This document shows positions 1 to 13,101 of a stretch of DNA of 64,000 nucleotides, in pieces. The stretch spans positions 180,022 through 244,021 of the forward strand of contig WELB01000031.1 of NCBI GenBank assembly GCA_009602725.1, given 5' to 3'. Both the position numbers and the translations under genes were made by a program. This DNA comes from Spirogloea muscicola (Eukaryota). Positions within the stretch are counted from its first letter, which is position 1; the number at the start of each line of letters is the position of its first letter. The notes under the pieces were generated by a model. It was not told the DNA's origin. It was given only the letters and a program-made list of their open reading frames with translations, and ran no database searches.

Positions 1-349
1 CTCTCCCTCCCGCGTCCCCCCGCATGTCCGCTCCTCTTCCCTCTCCCCTCCATGCCCCTCCTCTCCCTCCCTCCCTCCCCCCCTGTCCCCATCTCACTCT
101 AGCTGGAATTGCCGTTGCGGCCTCTGCCCAGCCGAGAGGACGAGCGCTGTCCGCCACACTGCAGTCACGGGTAGCCCTCGAGGTCCGATCAGCTCAGCTC
201 GAGTGCCGCCAGGGGGAAGAGGAGTGCGCTGCAGAATGCAGGTCTATTACATGACAGGCCGAATTGGGCTGCAGACCGCCCGGCCTGTCACAGCCTGGAG
301 GCGCTAAAGCATATCCCCGGGGCCCATCGGAGCGCCGGCAGCTCCGGTA

Positions 350-1546
350 GTGCTGGTGGAAGAAGGCACTCGGGCGAGGCAGCAGGGCAACCTGGCCACG
401 ATGGAGACAGCTCTGCATGTGCCATTGGACAAAGGCTTGCACAGGTCTGCGGGCGTGGGCCTGCTGGCAGCTGGCGTGCCAAGTGCACAGCCCACGGGCG
501 GCCTCGCCGAGCTCCTGACATGCCTGGCGCTCGCCACAGCGATGAGTGCCGCCCTGGCCATTGGCCAGTTCTTTGTGGAGTATGCGGGCTTCCACGGCCT
601 CTGCTGGCTCGAGCGCCGCAGCCTCGTCCGGCGATTAGCACCCTCTGTGCCTTTCAAGGTCTGCCACTTAGATATCATAAATTTGGCTGAGACTACTACT
701 TTCTGATGAGAAAATGAGCACCGGTGTGGCGAACATGGTGGGGGGCTCACATTCGTGAAGCCGTGTAGCACAGGTGATGGGGCCACGGTGGCAGAACTTC
801 TGCTCTGTTGCTGGGTCGCACTTCCCACTGCTGCTCGGCGCGGCTGCTTGCCGTCGAGGCCTCCTGGCCCGCGCAGCGCCAGACTTCAACCCGGCATCGA
901 TCTGGCCGTTTGTGTGGGCCACCATGGTGGTGCACGATGCATGGTTCTTCGCTCTGCACACGTTAAGGCACCGCTACAAGGCGGCATACGCGGCGCTGCA
1001 CCAGCGGCATCACGAGGCGACTGCCGACCTCAATGCCTGGGGCACTGCCTACGCTGGTGCCTCCGCCTTTCAGAAAACTGTCCGCCTGTGTTGCATCAGT
1101 AATCGGCGATTGTTGCGGCTTTCCCTGTCTATGTCCTGCCCACTGAAGCAGGGCCGTCGTATGCAGAGGCGGTGGAGTTTCTGCTGGATTGGTCAGCGTT
1201 CTACGCTGCTGTCCTGGCGCTACAGTATGCGCGGCCGAGCTGGAACCCTGTGTCACTGCTCGCCACGCTGGCGCCAGTCGCGGCTGTCAATGTCATGGGC
1301 CACTCTGGATACGACCTCCCAGTGTGGCTGTGGGTGCCGCTCAGTGCGGGCGTGCTACTCACTCCGGGCGCACAGGAGAGCGCCGACCACTTCATCCACC
1401 ACGTAGATCCGCGCTTTAACCGCTCGCTCTACTTTACGTGGTGGGATTACCTCGCTGGCACGTACCGTGCCACGCACCGCCTCGTCCCAACCCGCCGGCA
1501 GGCCTTCTTGCGCAAGCCCACGCAGCCCTGGTGTGCATCTAATTAG
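350..1546 (+). CDS. Fatty acid hydroxylase / sterol desaturase superfamily membrane protein (multi-exon; 5' end uncertain)
   Basis: Exons ~350-658, ~774-1056 and ~1167-1546 carry the His boxes HDAWFFALHTLRH, LHQRHHE, GHSGY and DHFIHH, plus NRSLYFTWWDYLAGTY; GT..AG introns separate them. Confidence 0.85.
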
Positions 1547-1982
1547 ATACTCAGACCTAGGCATGGGCTTCCTCATGGTCATGTCGCTTCTGGCGCCCTT
1601 GTATAGATTGTTGGTCCAACACTGCATCATCCTCCAGACCAATGTACACGAGTTTGCAGATTCAGGATCTGGAGAACATTCATATCTGCTATGTTGTGCT
1701 GCGGGCTTGCACACTCCATTGAGCACTGCTTACCTCAGCTGTATAGATTCTATCCATAGCCAGTACATGGGCCGAGTCTTAGAAGTTCTTCTAGGTTCTT
1801 CTAGGATACATGAGGCCCCTACAATCAAATGATAGTTACATTGAAAGCAATCCGCAGCTCTCAAACTCAGCCACAACATACTGCATACGTACTGATTGGA
1901 CCTTCAGTTACCACATTTCGGTTGTGTTTGCTTATATAGCCACTGAAAGATTTGTCCCCCTGATTCTCGTTGAATTCGAAGT

Positions 1983-4900
1983 TCAAGGAGAATCGGGAGG
2001 AATCAAGTGATTTGATGCTGTCTTTTCTGCCATCCAGTATACCTCTAATGGTGGGTCAATTCCAACACGAGCCCCACAGGTTGTTGTCGCTATCACGCAG
2101 AACTTGACCCCTTCGAATGTGGAGGGTAAGTCCAAGTTTGCCCGGAAAATAGCGGGCTTTGCTGCGCCAAGCCATTGCAGAGGTCCACCAGACAAAGAAG
2201 CAAACACGTGCTGATGTGAAATTGGGCACACGGATTGGTTACATTGTGGACTGCAGGTGTTGTAGCTGACGTCCCAGGCTAGCGAGATGCCAAGGTGACA
2301 TCTGTTACTGCTCATGTCCACATCTTGGCATCTGAAGTTTGTGATTTGAAGATTCCCAGCACAGTCGCTCTCGGAGTGCGTCGCGATCCTGATGTGGCCA
2401 ATCCTGACGACGTAGCCTCAGGCAGTGTTTCCGCGGCTGTCCCAGTGGGTCCAAGCACCTCATAGGGCCTTGATGCTCCGGGACCGTTGGCCTGAGATGT
2501 CTTTGGCCCACTATTGATGAGCTGTGACTCGCTCTGTAAGCGAGCTGTATCACCAGATGACACAGGGGCTTGTCCTAGCGATGCCTTTACTGGTGCAGAT
2601 GAATGAAGCCCCGTGGGGCTATGATCCAGCAGCATCTGACTGGTGGGTCCTTCCCGATAGCACAGCGCACTGACATGCATCAGGCGCAAACCTTCTGGAA
2701 GCTTGCCAACAAATGTTCTCGTAGTCCAGCCTCCTGCATGCGTATCAATCAGAGAGCATCCTGCCAGCAATGCTGAGAGCCCGCCCTCTGTCGCACTCCG
2801 AATATTGTCTGGCGTTGAAACGGGGTGCTGCTTGAGAGCTTGCACTTGAGACCCAGGGAGCTGGTTATGACAGGGGGACGGATAGAGCGAGGTTGATGAG
2901 ATGCCAGCAGCCACGTTGCTGAAAGTCAAAGCAAGGCTGACATTACTGTGTTTGTCCTCGGTAAAGACCTGCTCATGTGAGACAAGCATTGCAGTCTCTT
3001 ATCAGAAAGATCAATCGAACCACTCAAGGTAAGTGTGCAACACAACAATATGCAGAATGAGCCACTGAGTGAATATGGGAACAATGATGACCGAAGCAAT
3101 CATGTGTGTAGTCGAACAACTACGCCAAGTGACTGGCTTACCGAGTAGGACACGTGAAGGTGCTCCACGTCCGTAAGGAGAATGTTGGGTTGGAAGATGT
3201 CAACACTAGCCAAATGCTCCACTGCCAGATTGCCAATGATGAGGTAACTAGAGCCACCATCATATGCTGAAGACGAACTACAAGGTGAAGGATGAGGCAG
3301 ATCAGCTAGTTCACCAGGTCTCATTGCTCAGACTGAAAACAGGAGCTGGATGCTCATCCAGGATTGCTTAGGATTAAGCAGACGGCCCACCTGAAAGACC
3401 AATACCATAATTGACACAAGCATTCCTTGCAAACAATCCATTTCTGGTTGGCATACATACTCGACAGATGCCGTCAGCCTTAGTCCGTTATCAAGAGCAA
3501 TGTGCTGCGAGTGGTGAAGCGGCTGCACCACGCCAGGAGTCAGCCGCATCTCATGCAACCAAGTGCATGAGCCAAACCTCGTCTATCCAAACAACTTAAA
3601 ATGCTGAGTATAGTCAGTTATTTAAAGGCAGCTCGTCCACCTACAAAAAGCTCGAGAGACTGACCTGCAAGCTTTGCAGGGAGAGGTTGTTCCATGGGAG
3701 CCCTGAGACCTGGAAGCCTCCCATGAAGATGGCCTCCCCGCAGCCCTAAGGGCACGCAAGCAAACTCTCCTACTTCCTTCAGTTTCACTAATAGCCATTC
3801 TGAGTGCAACAGCACTCAGCAACTGGACAGTTAAGCTGTGTAAGAGCTCACAGCATTTGCGTCCACATCAGACATGTTCCGCAGAGCTGTGTCATCCATC
3901 ACATGAAGGGATCAGATCACGCGGATCACCTGATCGAAGGTGGAGTACAATGGCAGAGTCCGCAGGAGAGGCCGCCGGCTTGTCCAACTTTTCCTTATGA
4001 GATCCCAAAAGCTGCGGTCCACCATTGACTCCGCACAGCACGGTACAAGATCGTCTGTGGTCTGGCATGGGCACGCCGGAACCTCCTTGACAAACAGAGG
4101 CATGAAAGAACACAATGTACCTGGACTTGCAACGGAAGAGGCGGAAGTATGGCCTACCGCTATTGTGCAGCCTCGTACGGTAGTTCCTGCTCGTTTTCAT
4201 ATGGCCACGCAGGACCGAAAAGAGCCACAGAGGTACCAGCAGCAAAGGCTTCCCGCACAGCTAAGTCGCACTGCTTGGCCACACAATGAGTACTTCACAT
4301 CACCCATGCTTGCACCTCGAAACAGGTACAAAGGCCAGAACAGGGATGATAACACCTTGTACTCAGTCACAGAGCCTGACTTAAGCAAGACGTGGCCGTG
4401 ATCAGAGCACACTAGTGAGGGTGTGCCACAGGACATGGGCGCTGACCTGGTAACCGCCGCCACCATATGTGCCCCGTCCATATGCATCAATGCCCATTAA
4501 AACGTCTGGGTGGCGGGCTGCAGCGGCTCGTGCACATTGCTCTGGAGCCCCTTCCTAGTCATGGACATGCTTAAGACCTTAAGTGCGGGGGACTGATTGC
4601 TGTCTGATGCAAGTCACTGAATGAATGCTTGTACTGTCCAGATGCAATGACAGAGCAGGTAACAATTCATCACTGAAGCAAGGTGTGCAGCAAATGACTT
4701 GCTTTCCAACAGTAGTTGGTGAAGATTCCGTCTGCAGCTGCAAAGAAGCAGGAGTTCTTGTCGGTCAGACCGTCCTGCCACTGCAGTCGGCCATCCTCGG
4801 TGACACTGTCGTACCTGCGCACCAGCTGCTTGTCAGTCGTAAGTCAAAGACGCCGTGTACTCATGTACGATATATGTACGCTGATGTATTTTGTGAGACT

Positions 4901-6022
4901 TCCTTCTTCCAACTCTGCAGGCTATCTAGAGGCGGCCATGCGAGACTCTAGTAGAGTGCCGAAGAGGTCGTGCACCAGATGACCAGCGAGCCCTCCCGGC
5001 ATTGGTGCATCTCCGCGGTCAGTGCTGCGACGAAGTCTATCAGCAGCGGCACTTGGCTTCTGTCCACCTCATTCTCAATGTTCACCTGCAGCTTTGCAGC
5101 AGATTGGTTGCACCAAGTGCATATAGAGGCAGGAACCAGTCACCGTGTCGATAGCATTCTGCATCCTACATTCGTCGCTGGTATTAGCTGGCACAGGGCT
5201 AATTGACATGCACATCTTCACCCGCAATGATCAGCCTGTGCGCAAGGTGACAACAGCGTCTGCCCAGATCATTCGTCTAGAGTCTGGCAAGGGGGTTGGG
5301 CATGGGCAAGCCTCACCAGCCAGCCATCGAAGCCGTAGTAGTCTGCGATGGAGGCCAGCTGGGCAGCGGCGGCTCGCACTGTGGTGGGCGATGCGAGCAG
5401 GGCGCCGCACAGCTCTGCTCCTGCCTCCCACTCGGTGATGAAGGTTCCCAGTACCTGCCCACGTTAACAATCTGATGGGGACAAGGCTCTAAGGCTCGCA
5501 ACCCAAACGAGACGCTGAGCGCTTGACCCAAGCAGCCTGAAGCAGTTCTGAGCCCCAGATGTCGGACTCCTGACACGTTCAATAACCATGGGATGTCGAT
5601 TCTGAGCACCAAGACCTGACTTGGCGACTGCCAAACTCAAGCACCTGAGTGCCGTGCAGGTGCGCTGCGCTGATCCAGCCGGGCGGCGGCATCGTCACCA
5701 GCTCGTGGCTGAAGTACACGAAGGTGTCGACGAGGTCCCAGTCCCACAGGCGGAAGGCGTTGCTGCCGAGCGCGCCGCCCTGGGCCTCGGCGTCTTCGGT
5801 GTACCCGCCGCGCAGGTCGTGGCACACCAGCAGCTTGGGTCGACCAGCCTCCGCCGCCGCCATTCGGGAGCCGCATGGAGGTTCTGGCAACCTCGACGCT
5901 CTGACGAAGGCGTCCGAGCGCGACTTGCCGGGCGCCCAGCTCAGCAGGTCCTGCAGGGTCCTCAGCGGCGCCGCTGCTGGTACGAATGGCGGCTCGTGCG
6001 CTGCCGCCGGCACCGCAGCCAT
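1983..6022 (-). CDS. ENGASE: Cytosolic endo-beta-N-acetylglucosaminidase (GH85), multi-exon
   Basis: Motifs LLVCHDLRGGY, WDLVDTFVYFSHELVTMPPPGWISAAHLHG, VLGTFITEW, YYGFDGWL, YDSVTEDGRLQWQDGL, DGIFTNYCW and GIDAYGRGTYGGGG. ATG at 6022; last exon tentatively ends at 1983. Confidence 0.9.
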
Positions 6023-6419
6023 TGCGCAATGCCTTGGATTGCCGAGACCATCGGTGTCACGTCACGGGCATGCCAGTCATCCAAGGCCTCCAAAGTCTGC
6101 TGGAATGTAGTCTGGCAGCCGCCTGCAGCCCCACTGGCTTGGGTGAGCACTGCGACAACAAATGTGCTACTTTGGCTGTTCAGTAAATGCGTAGTGATCT
6201 GGACGTTCCTGCCCATTGTCGTCTCGTGAGTGCAATCTTGGGTCCTATGTACGCTTCGACTTATCGCCTAGTTAGGCAGCCGCAGGTCTGATGATATTAT
6301 TCTCCGGGTAGCAGGTCCCTTGTCGACAGCCAGAGGCTGCAGCCAGGGCGCGACTGGCATGCAGATGCTCCTCAGAGGAAAGTGCTCACTCAGAGCTCTC
6401 TCCTTGGTCAAATAATTTC

Positions 6420-7025
6420 TTCTTCAGTCACTCCATTTTATGTTGGGCTGCCCTTTCACTGCCATCGACCTCTTGTGTGAGAAGTCTATCCTCCACAACC
6501 TTGCTGTCTACTTGTGGGCCAAGAGCAGCGCTGTTGAGAGGGTACTCAACCGTGAGGAGCCGTTGAGCCACCTTGGCAGCAGCCGCTGCTGGCTTAGCTG
6601 CGTGGGCCTACCTGCCATCCATCTTCCACCATTCTCTGTGCTCGCTTGGCTGGCCTCTACAGCCATTCTTCGAAATAAGCAAGCTTGTCCCTTGCAGCTC
6701 GCGCCTTCTCGCCTCAAAGTCTGTGCACCTCCTGCCAGGCGGGCCATTTACAATCACAGCAGCTCTCTTGATGTGAGTCGGTCAGCTTGACAACAGCTTT
6801 CCCCTCTTTTTCTCGTATGAGAAGATCAAATAACCTACTACATGTATTGGACTCTCTGGCCCGTTTGCTTTTCAGTGATGCCGTCTTCTGCTCTTGCTGG
6901 CGCTTGCACCGTTCTCCATGCATGCAGTTGCGCTGGCCTCCCACTGTTTTGGCCTTCAATGGAGCCATCGCCTTCTTTTCTGCTCTCACTCAAGAAGGAA
7001 CACTTTTGCACCCAACCCATACTTA
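6420..7025. mobile_element. Degraded CRE-like retrotransposon 3'-end relics
   Basis: Diverged copies of the 'gggctg.cctttcac.gccatcg' 3'-terminal unit seen in the other clusters; no intact ORF. Confidence 0.4.
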
Positions 7026-7464
7026 ATCTCTATCCAAGGCTAAGAAGTTGCACCAGTGTCCCTTCGATGGAGCTACTTCATATTGTTGGCTCTTGTGTCT
7101 CAGCCAATAGGTCAATAGTACTTGCTAGCAATGTCCACAAAACAGTGCTGTCGTTGTGAGCATTGGTTGCTAGCTTCAGCCATGGTTTTATTTGCATGTC
7201 TTCAGCAATTCTCTTTGAGGCACAGGGAGTCAGACAGCTTCTGATGTGACAAAAGAGAGATGATCCACCCATCACGGTCACTATGACATCGCTGCTCCAA
7301 GGCCTACGATAAAGGGCAACTCACCACAGAAGAGATGCTCGCTGATTGTCACCCTGACAATTGCAACAGCCCGTTTAAGTGGCTAAATGAAAAAGCTCAT
7401 TAATCTGTGGAACCAAGGTGGCGGAGGCCTATTTTCAGTACAGAGGTTGTGGTTGAGGAAAGAA

Positions 7465-10400
7465 TCAGCGAGCTTGAGTTTGCGGTCGGCCAATGAGCCT
7501 GCAGTAGCCTGGCATGACCATTACGCTAGCCGGCTCCTCCAGTGGCAGGAGCTCTCCATCAATACCACATGCGCGGTGCCGGTCATCGAGAGGGATCACG
7601 CGCACCGCTCGCACCTGCGACGCATGCGGCAACAGCGGCGCAGCTACCACCAATGAGTCAGCGGCCTCATGACTGTCAAGGGTCCACAACGACCTCTAGT
7701 TGAGGGCATCCCTTGAGCGGGTGGGGGGGTTTACTTACCTTGCAGTACTCAACATAGGGCAATGCCAGGTGGCGGCTGAACTGCATGAGGCCCAGGAAGG
7801 CAAGGAGGCGCAGGCGGCCGACGGGGCGCACAAGGATGAGGTCGACGGAGCCATCGCCAGGGGCCGCATGCGGGGCCAGGCTCTGGCTAGCAAGGCACTG
7901 CACGCTGCCGCACCTGTGGTTACATGCCATGACGGCCAAGAACGGCCCCCGCCGCAGCACCCACCCGCCTGCACCAGCGCCTGCCGTTGCGACCACCGTC
8001 TTTGCCGGTAGCTTCGACGTGGGTACACTGAAGCAAGTCCCCAGCAGCACTGCAAAACGTTGGCGGCCACCGTTGCGACCAGCATCTGGCTGCTGAGGGC
8101 CAGCCTCAGCAGTGCTGGACGGCAGCGGAGGAGGCGGTGGCGGCGGTGGCAGCGGCGGCGGTGGTACCACCGCCCTCCCAGTATCCTCGTCGTCACTTCC
8201 CTGCACGGCAGAGAAGCCATCGGGGTGGAAGCACGGCGAGAAGCCCGGCAGCGAGTACCAGCGCGGCTCTCGCCGGCTATTGGCGGCAGCTGCAGCGCCA
8301 GTGCCACGGCGGCCGCTCTCCAGCTCCTGCCACTCGCCGACTCGCCGGGCAGCGCGGCCCCTCGACCGGCGCTGGCTCGGCACTGTCTCCAGCTCAGACT
8401 CCGGAGGTGGTGATGTCCTCCGTCGGCCTGGCGGATGCTGCTGCTGCTGCTTCTCGGTGGCGGCAGAAGCAAGTTCGGCGCCACCATTATTGCGCCAGAG
8501 TGCCGGTCGGTCCATCATTGACCTAGAAGCCAAGAGAGCGGCAGTACCCGTGCTACTGCGTTGCTGCGGCAACCTGCTAACCGCATGCGGCATCGCAAGG
8601 TCAAGCTCGTCTAGGGCTCGCCGCGCACTCCAATCACCACAATCCCGACTAAGGATGCCAGCAGCAGAACGGTCTAGCTTGTGCGCCTGAGAAATGCCTG
8701 ACATACCGGCCACACTCCACTCGCTCGGCCCCTTTTGAAGGGGCTCTCGGCTGGCTGCCTGCGTCCGACCATTTGACGGTGGTGGCGGCCGCAGAGGCAG
8801 CTTTGCCTCCTCTGCCTCCTCCTCTTCTACCAGCGGCAGGAATTCGATGTCCATGCGATAACACGGCAGTTGCAAGATCTTGACTGCGCCAGCCACGGCA
8901 TATCGCAATGGCCCAAAGCGCGCTTGGTATTGCGTAGCCAGCTCCAGGACTGCAGTACCAGCCAAGCCTGCAAAATGGTCATAGGAGCGGCAGGCAAAGC
9001 GCAACGCGGAGGCTTGGCAGCTGGGGCCGTCGCCTGTACAGCTGCCTAGCAAGCGAGCGGCATACCATCGCTCATGAAGCCGAAGTAGGCAATACAGAGC
9101 CCTGCATGCGCCGGCCCGGCTCCGCCAGCCTGCACTAGCAAAGTGTCCACCGCGATTGTGCCGCCCTGATGACCAGAGAAGGCAAATTAAACTCAGAGTC
9201 GATCGAATGATGTCAAAGTGAAAGCCTGCGAGCTGACAGCCTCTACATGACACAATGGAGTCTAGAAATTGCCACAAGGAGCGCATTGTTGATTGAAACC
9301 CAGGCGGCGCATACTGACCTTGACAATGGCGAGCGCAGCAGAGAGCGCGTCACGGATGCCGAGCACGCTCCAGGCAAGGGAGTTGTCACTGCCGGCCGGC
9401 ACGATGCCAATTGGCACTCGTAGCAGGGAGCCAGCATCCTTGCGTGCGAGGAGGCCATTGACAACCTGTGGACATGCGAGCAAGAAGCCAGGTATAGGCC
9501 AGCCGCAGAGAAAGAATAGGATGTATGAGTTTATTGCATGAACTTCATGGCACATTGCACCCACACTTAGAGGCAGGCCACCATGGCTCAAAGGCGTCTG
9601 CTGCTGCAGGCTCTTACCTCGTTTACAATGCCGTCGCCACCAACACAGACAATGCCTGCCATTCAGGTAACAGTCATCAGGCCTGGCGAATACTCGTGGG
9701 CCGCCCAGCATCAGATGTTGGCACTGATGCAGCTGTGCAGTGGCATCACAGTGAGGAGAGGGTGGGCCCCACCATCAGGACAGGCGCTGAGGTCCATGGC
9801 GGCGGCCAGCTTTCGAGCATGCCCGGCATTCAGGGTCTCGACCAGCGTGCAGTCGAAGCCGCCAAGCTGCAGCAGCAGTCGGCAGCAAGAGGGCCGTCAT
9901 CACCACCAGTACTGCAGCAAGCCTGGGGTGCTCGCTAGGGGCGGCGTGCCACAGCCACAATCTTCAGTACCTCTAGGATGGGCTGCACGTCACGCCTGTA
10001 CAAGCGGAGCGCGCGGCCGTTGCCGGACTTGGGGTTGGCAACAACCAGCACCCGGCGGCGGCGCAGCGGCGGCTGCCAGGCGCCAGAGCTGGTGCCGAGA
10101 GACGGCGACGCAGGCAGCGGCAGGTTGTCTCCGACTTCGCCGCCGTCAAGAAGGGGGTCGGCCGGGAGCTCGTGGACGAAGCAGCCTTGGCCAGCAAACG
10201 CCAGCCCCCAGAGTTCCGCCTCGGCAATCGTGGGCGCGCGCAGAGCGAGGTCGCGGCGCACACGGGCAGCGGACCTCCACGGCCATGGTTGCCACGCTGC
10301 CACCGTCATCGCTGCCGCCGCTGCCGGCGGCAGTGCGTGCACCGTCAGCCGCCGGGACCCAGCCCAGCGCGTCACGGCGACCACATCGGCNTCGGCGGGA

Positions 10401-10849
10401 CCCGCCGCCGGCGGCTGCGGCGGCGGCGCCGCGCTGGCGCCGGAGGCAACATGCGCTCCAGCAGGCCGCTGAAGACGGGCGCGCCGAGCAGGCCCTCATC
10501 CTCCTCGATGCCAATGCGGATGTCCTCGGCGTACTGCGGCACAGGTGCCCGGCTCTCAACCGCAGGCCTGCGCAACCGCCGAGATCGTCAGATTCTGTCG
10601 CTGGACGGCAGCTGGACGGGCCGCCGGGACTGCATCGCACAGGGGAGCCCACCTCGCCGGGAAGAGCTGCCACCGTCGGATCGGACGACCATTCGTGGCG
10701 GCGGCGGCAGCAGCGGCAGTGGCAGCGACGGCAGCGGAGGCCGTGTCTCGTTGCGCGCCGCCGCCGCCGTCGGCGCTCCCAGCAGCCGGGGCGTGCAGAG
10801 GGTTGATGCGGCTCGCTGGCCCGCCGAAGCTGCTCCAAGGCGACCTCAT
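7465..10849 (-). CDS. LCBK1: Sphingoid long-chain base kinase, LCBK1-like (DAG-kinase catalytic domain), multi-exon
   Basis: Motifs RVLVVANPKSGNG, GIVCVGGDGIVNE, PIGIVPAGSDNSLAWSVLGIRD, MACNHRCGSVQCL..LAPHAAPGDGSVDLILV and CGIDGELLP. The N-terminal IRIGIEEDEGLLG and RRLTVHALP segments resemble plant LCBK1. Start position approximate. Confidence 0.88.
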
Positions 10850-11219
10850 TGCCGGCGCGGTGCGGCCGGCGGCAACGCCATGCAGCCGCAGGCAGCCAGC
10901 CGACTCGGAGAGTCACACTGTGCAGCGCTTCTGTGGCCACCGTGACCGATAGGGGCCACTGTGGCAATCTGCCATGAGTCCGCCGCCAAGGCTGCTGCGG
11001 ATTGACCGCGCGACACGCCGTTTCTCTGCTGCTGCCGCTGGTTCCGGCGCGTGTAGTCGTCTCTAAGTGCCTGGTGCGCCGCCGCAGAGCAGCATGCTGA
11101 GGTGCGAGATGCCAGGGCGGGCACACGGCGCAGAAGGTCTTGGAGGAGGTGCGCTGGGGGTTGTTGGCTGTGTGGGGGCTGCGACGAAGAAGAGGAAGCG
11201 ACTCATTCAGGAAGCAGAA

Positions 11220-12768
11220 GAGAAAGTGCTCGCCCATTGAGAATAGGGGCTGGAAAAGCCAGCCCAGAAAAGAATCAGCAAAGGACAAGAAGGGGGCCAG
11301 GGGAAGCGCTAAGAATAGAAAGAGAAAGTGCTCGCCCATTGAGAATAGGGGCTGGAAAAGCCAGCCCGAAAAAGAATGAACAGAGTACGAGAAGGGGGCC
11401 AGGGGCGAAACGCTAAGAATAAAAAGAACGCTAAGAATAACTCTCTCTTCCGGTGCTCGTGGGTACGGACGTCCCACACGGTGTCACCTTTGAAGGCGCT
11501 GTTCCCGTCACCTGAGCCCTCCTCCGTTGCAGTGGGGAAGTTGATTTGTTGGGATGTGAGTTGGGCAAGATGCGTCCATAGAAAGAGAAGGTGCTCGCCC
11601 ATTGAGAAGAGGGGCTGGCAAAGCCAACCCAAAAAGAATGGACAATGTTCAAAGCCAAAGAAAGAGGTGCTGAAAAAGGACGACACTACAAAGTGCAAGA
11701 TGGTGCAGAGGGAGATGCAGATGGCTGCTCAGTATCCACGTGTGAGCAACAGCAGATCAGAGTAACTCGGAGCAGGAGAAGTGGCACTTTGCCGTCTCGC
11801 TGCAGAGGTCCATGGCCCGTGCGCTGCACCTTCGTGCCGGGAGAGCCCTCGCTGCTGCCTCTGGCTCTGTCCAGGGGACCCACTTCCAGGACCCTAGCCT
11901 CTCTGATTTGCGGCTGCTTAGCAGGGGTTACTGAGTGATTTGTAGCTGCTTTCTTTCTTTGTCTGCTTTGGTTTCTTAGCGCTTCCTCTGGCTTCCTCTG
12001 GCCCCCTGGAGGGTGGTCAGAGTACTTGCGCTCCTTACTCCGAGCCGCCAGAGCGACCGCGTCCGACGAGCGTCGCGGACTTCGCGGGGTTGGCCGATAG
12101 AAAGGAAGAGCTCGCCCATAGAAGAGAAGAAGCGCGGCCAGATTGACTGGTGGCTGGGAAAGGCCAGCCCAAAGGAATGGACAAGGGCTGAGGGAGCCTG
12201 AGTAGAGAGGGGCTGGCAGAAGCCAGCCAAAAAAGAATGGACAAAATCCAAAGAGCTACAACAGGTGCCGAAAAGAAGGGAAACACACAGCTAGGCATCC
12301 TAGTCAACTAGAAGAAGGAGCTCCCGCCGACGCACTTTCTGGCACGCAGAGAAACAAAGCAGCTACGGATCACTCAGTAACCCTGCTAAGCAGCCTCAGG
12401 TCAGAGACGCTAGGCTCCTGGAAGGAAAAAGCTCGCCCATAGAAGAGAGGGGCTGGCAGAAGCCAGCCAAAAAAGAATGGACAAAATCCAAAGAGCTACA
12501 GGAGAATCACTCAGTAACCTCTGCTAAGCAGCCGCAGGTCGGAGATGCTAGGCTCAAGTGGGACCTCTGGCCAGAGGGGCTTGTTTGTACTTGTTTTTCT
12601 TGGCGCTTCCCCTGGCCCCCTTCTCGTCCTTTGTTGATTCTTTTGGTATTGAGCTTCCTGTGGTTTCGTCATGTCTAGTTGTCTAGATGCCTAGCTATGT
12701 GTTTCCCTTCTTTCCGGCACCTGTTGTAGCTCTATGGATTTTGTCCATTCTTTTTTGGCTGGCTTCTC
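11220..12768. mobile_element. Cluster of nested, 5'-truncated CRE-like non-LTR retrotransposon 3' ends (both orientations)
   Basis: Repeated unit gtgctcgcccattgagaatagGGGCTGGaaaagCCAGCCC. The + strand segment 11791-11935 reads AVSLQRSMARALHLRAGRALAAASGS...SDLRLLSRGY*. Confidence 0.8.
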
Positions 12769-13101
12769 CAGCGCGAGACTACATTCGGCCTCCTCCCCGG
12801 GGGCAGCGGCGTGGCTCCAGGCACTCCCCATCACTGACGCCCTGACCCTCCCAGATGAGGTGTTTCGCACTGCCGTCCACCGGCTCCTGGGGCTGCCGCC
12901 TCCATGCCTCCAGGGCGTGCGTCAATGCCAGTGTGGCGAGCGAGGGGCCAAGCCTGGCGAGCTGGCTGCTCACGTCCTGCGCTGTTCCCATGGCGGCGAG
13001 AGGACGGCGGCCCACGACCGCCTCCGGGACGCGATGCACAGCATCCTGGTGGAGGCTGGCTTCGCGGTGGCAGCGGAGCACTCCGGCGTCATGCCGCTCC
13101 A
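12769..13101 (+). mobile_element. CRE-clade non-LTR retrotransposon ORF fragment (post-RT region, CCHC zinc knuckle, start of the RLE domain); runs into a gap
   Basis: Open frame ARLHSASSPGAAAWLQALP..LTLPDEVFRTAVHRLLGLP...CQCG...HVLRC..GGERTAAHDRLRDA: C-x-C..H-x3-C followed by an RHD-like motif, as in RLE-encoding LINEs. Confidence 0.85.

Noticed and set aside
11102..11765. ORFs with recurring peptides (RKCSPIENRGWKSQP / ESARPLRIGAGKASP) as a repeat-protein family
   Set aside because: They are antisense translations of the element 3' UTR and appear in several frames.
11220..12560. Hairpin-containing repeats as a CRISPR-like array
   Set aside because: Spacing is irregular, orientation is mixed, there are no unique spacers or cas genes, and the units are explained as retrotransposon 3' ends.
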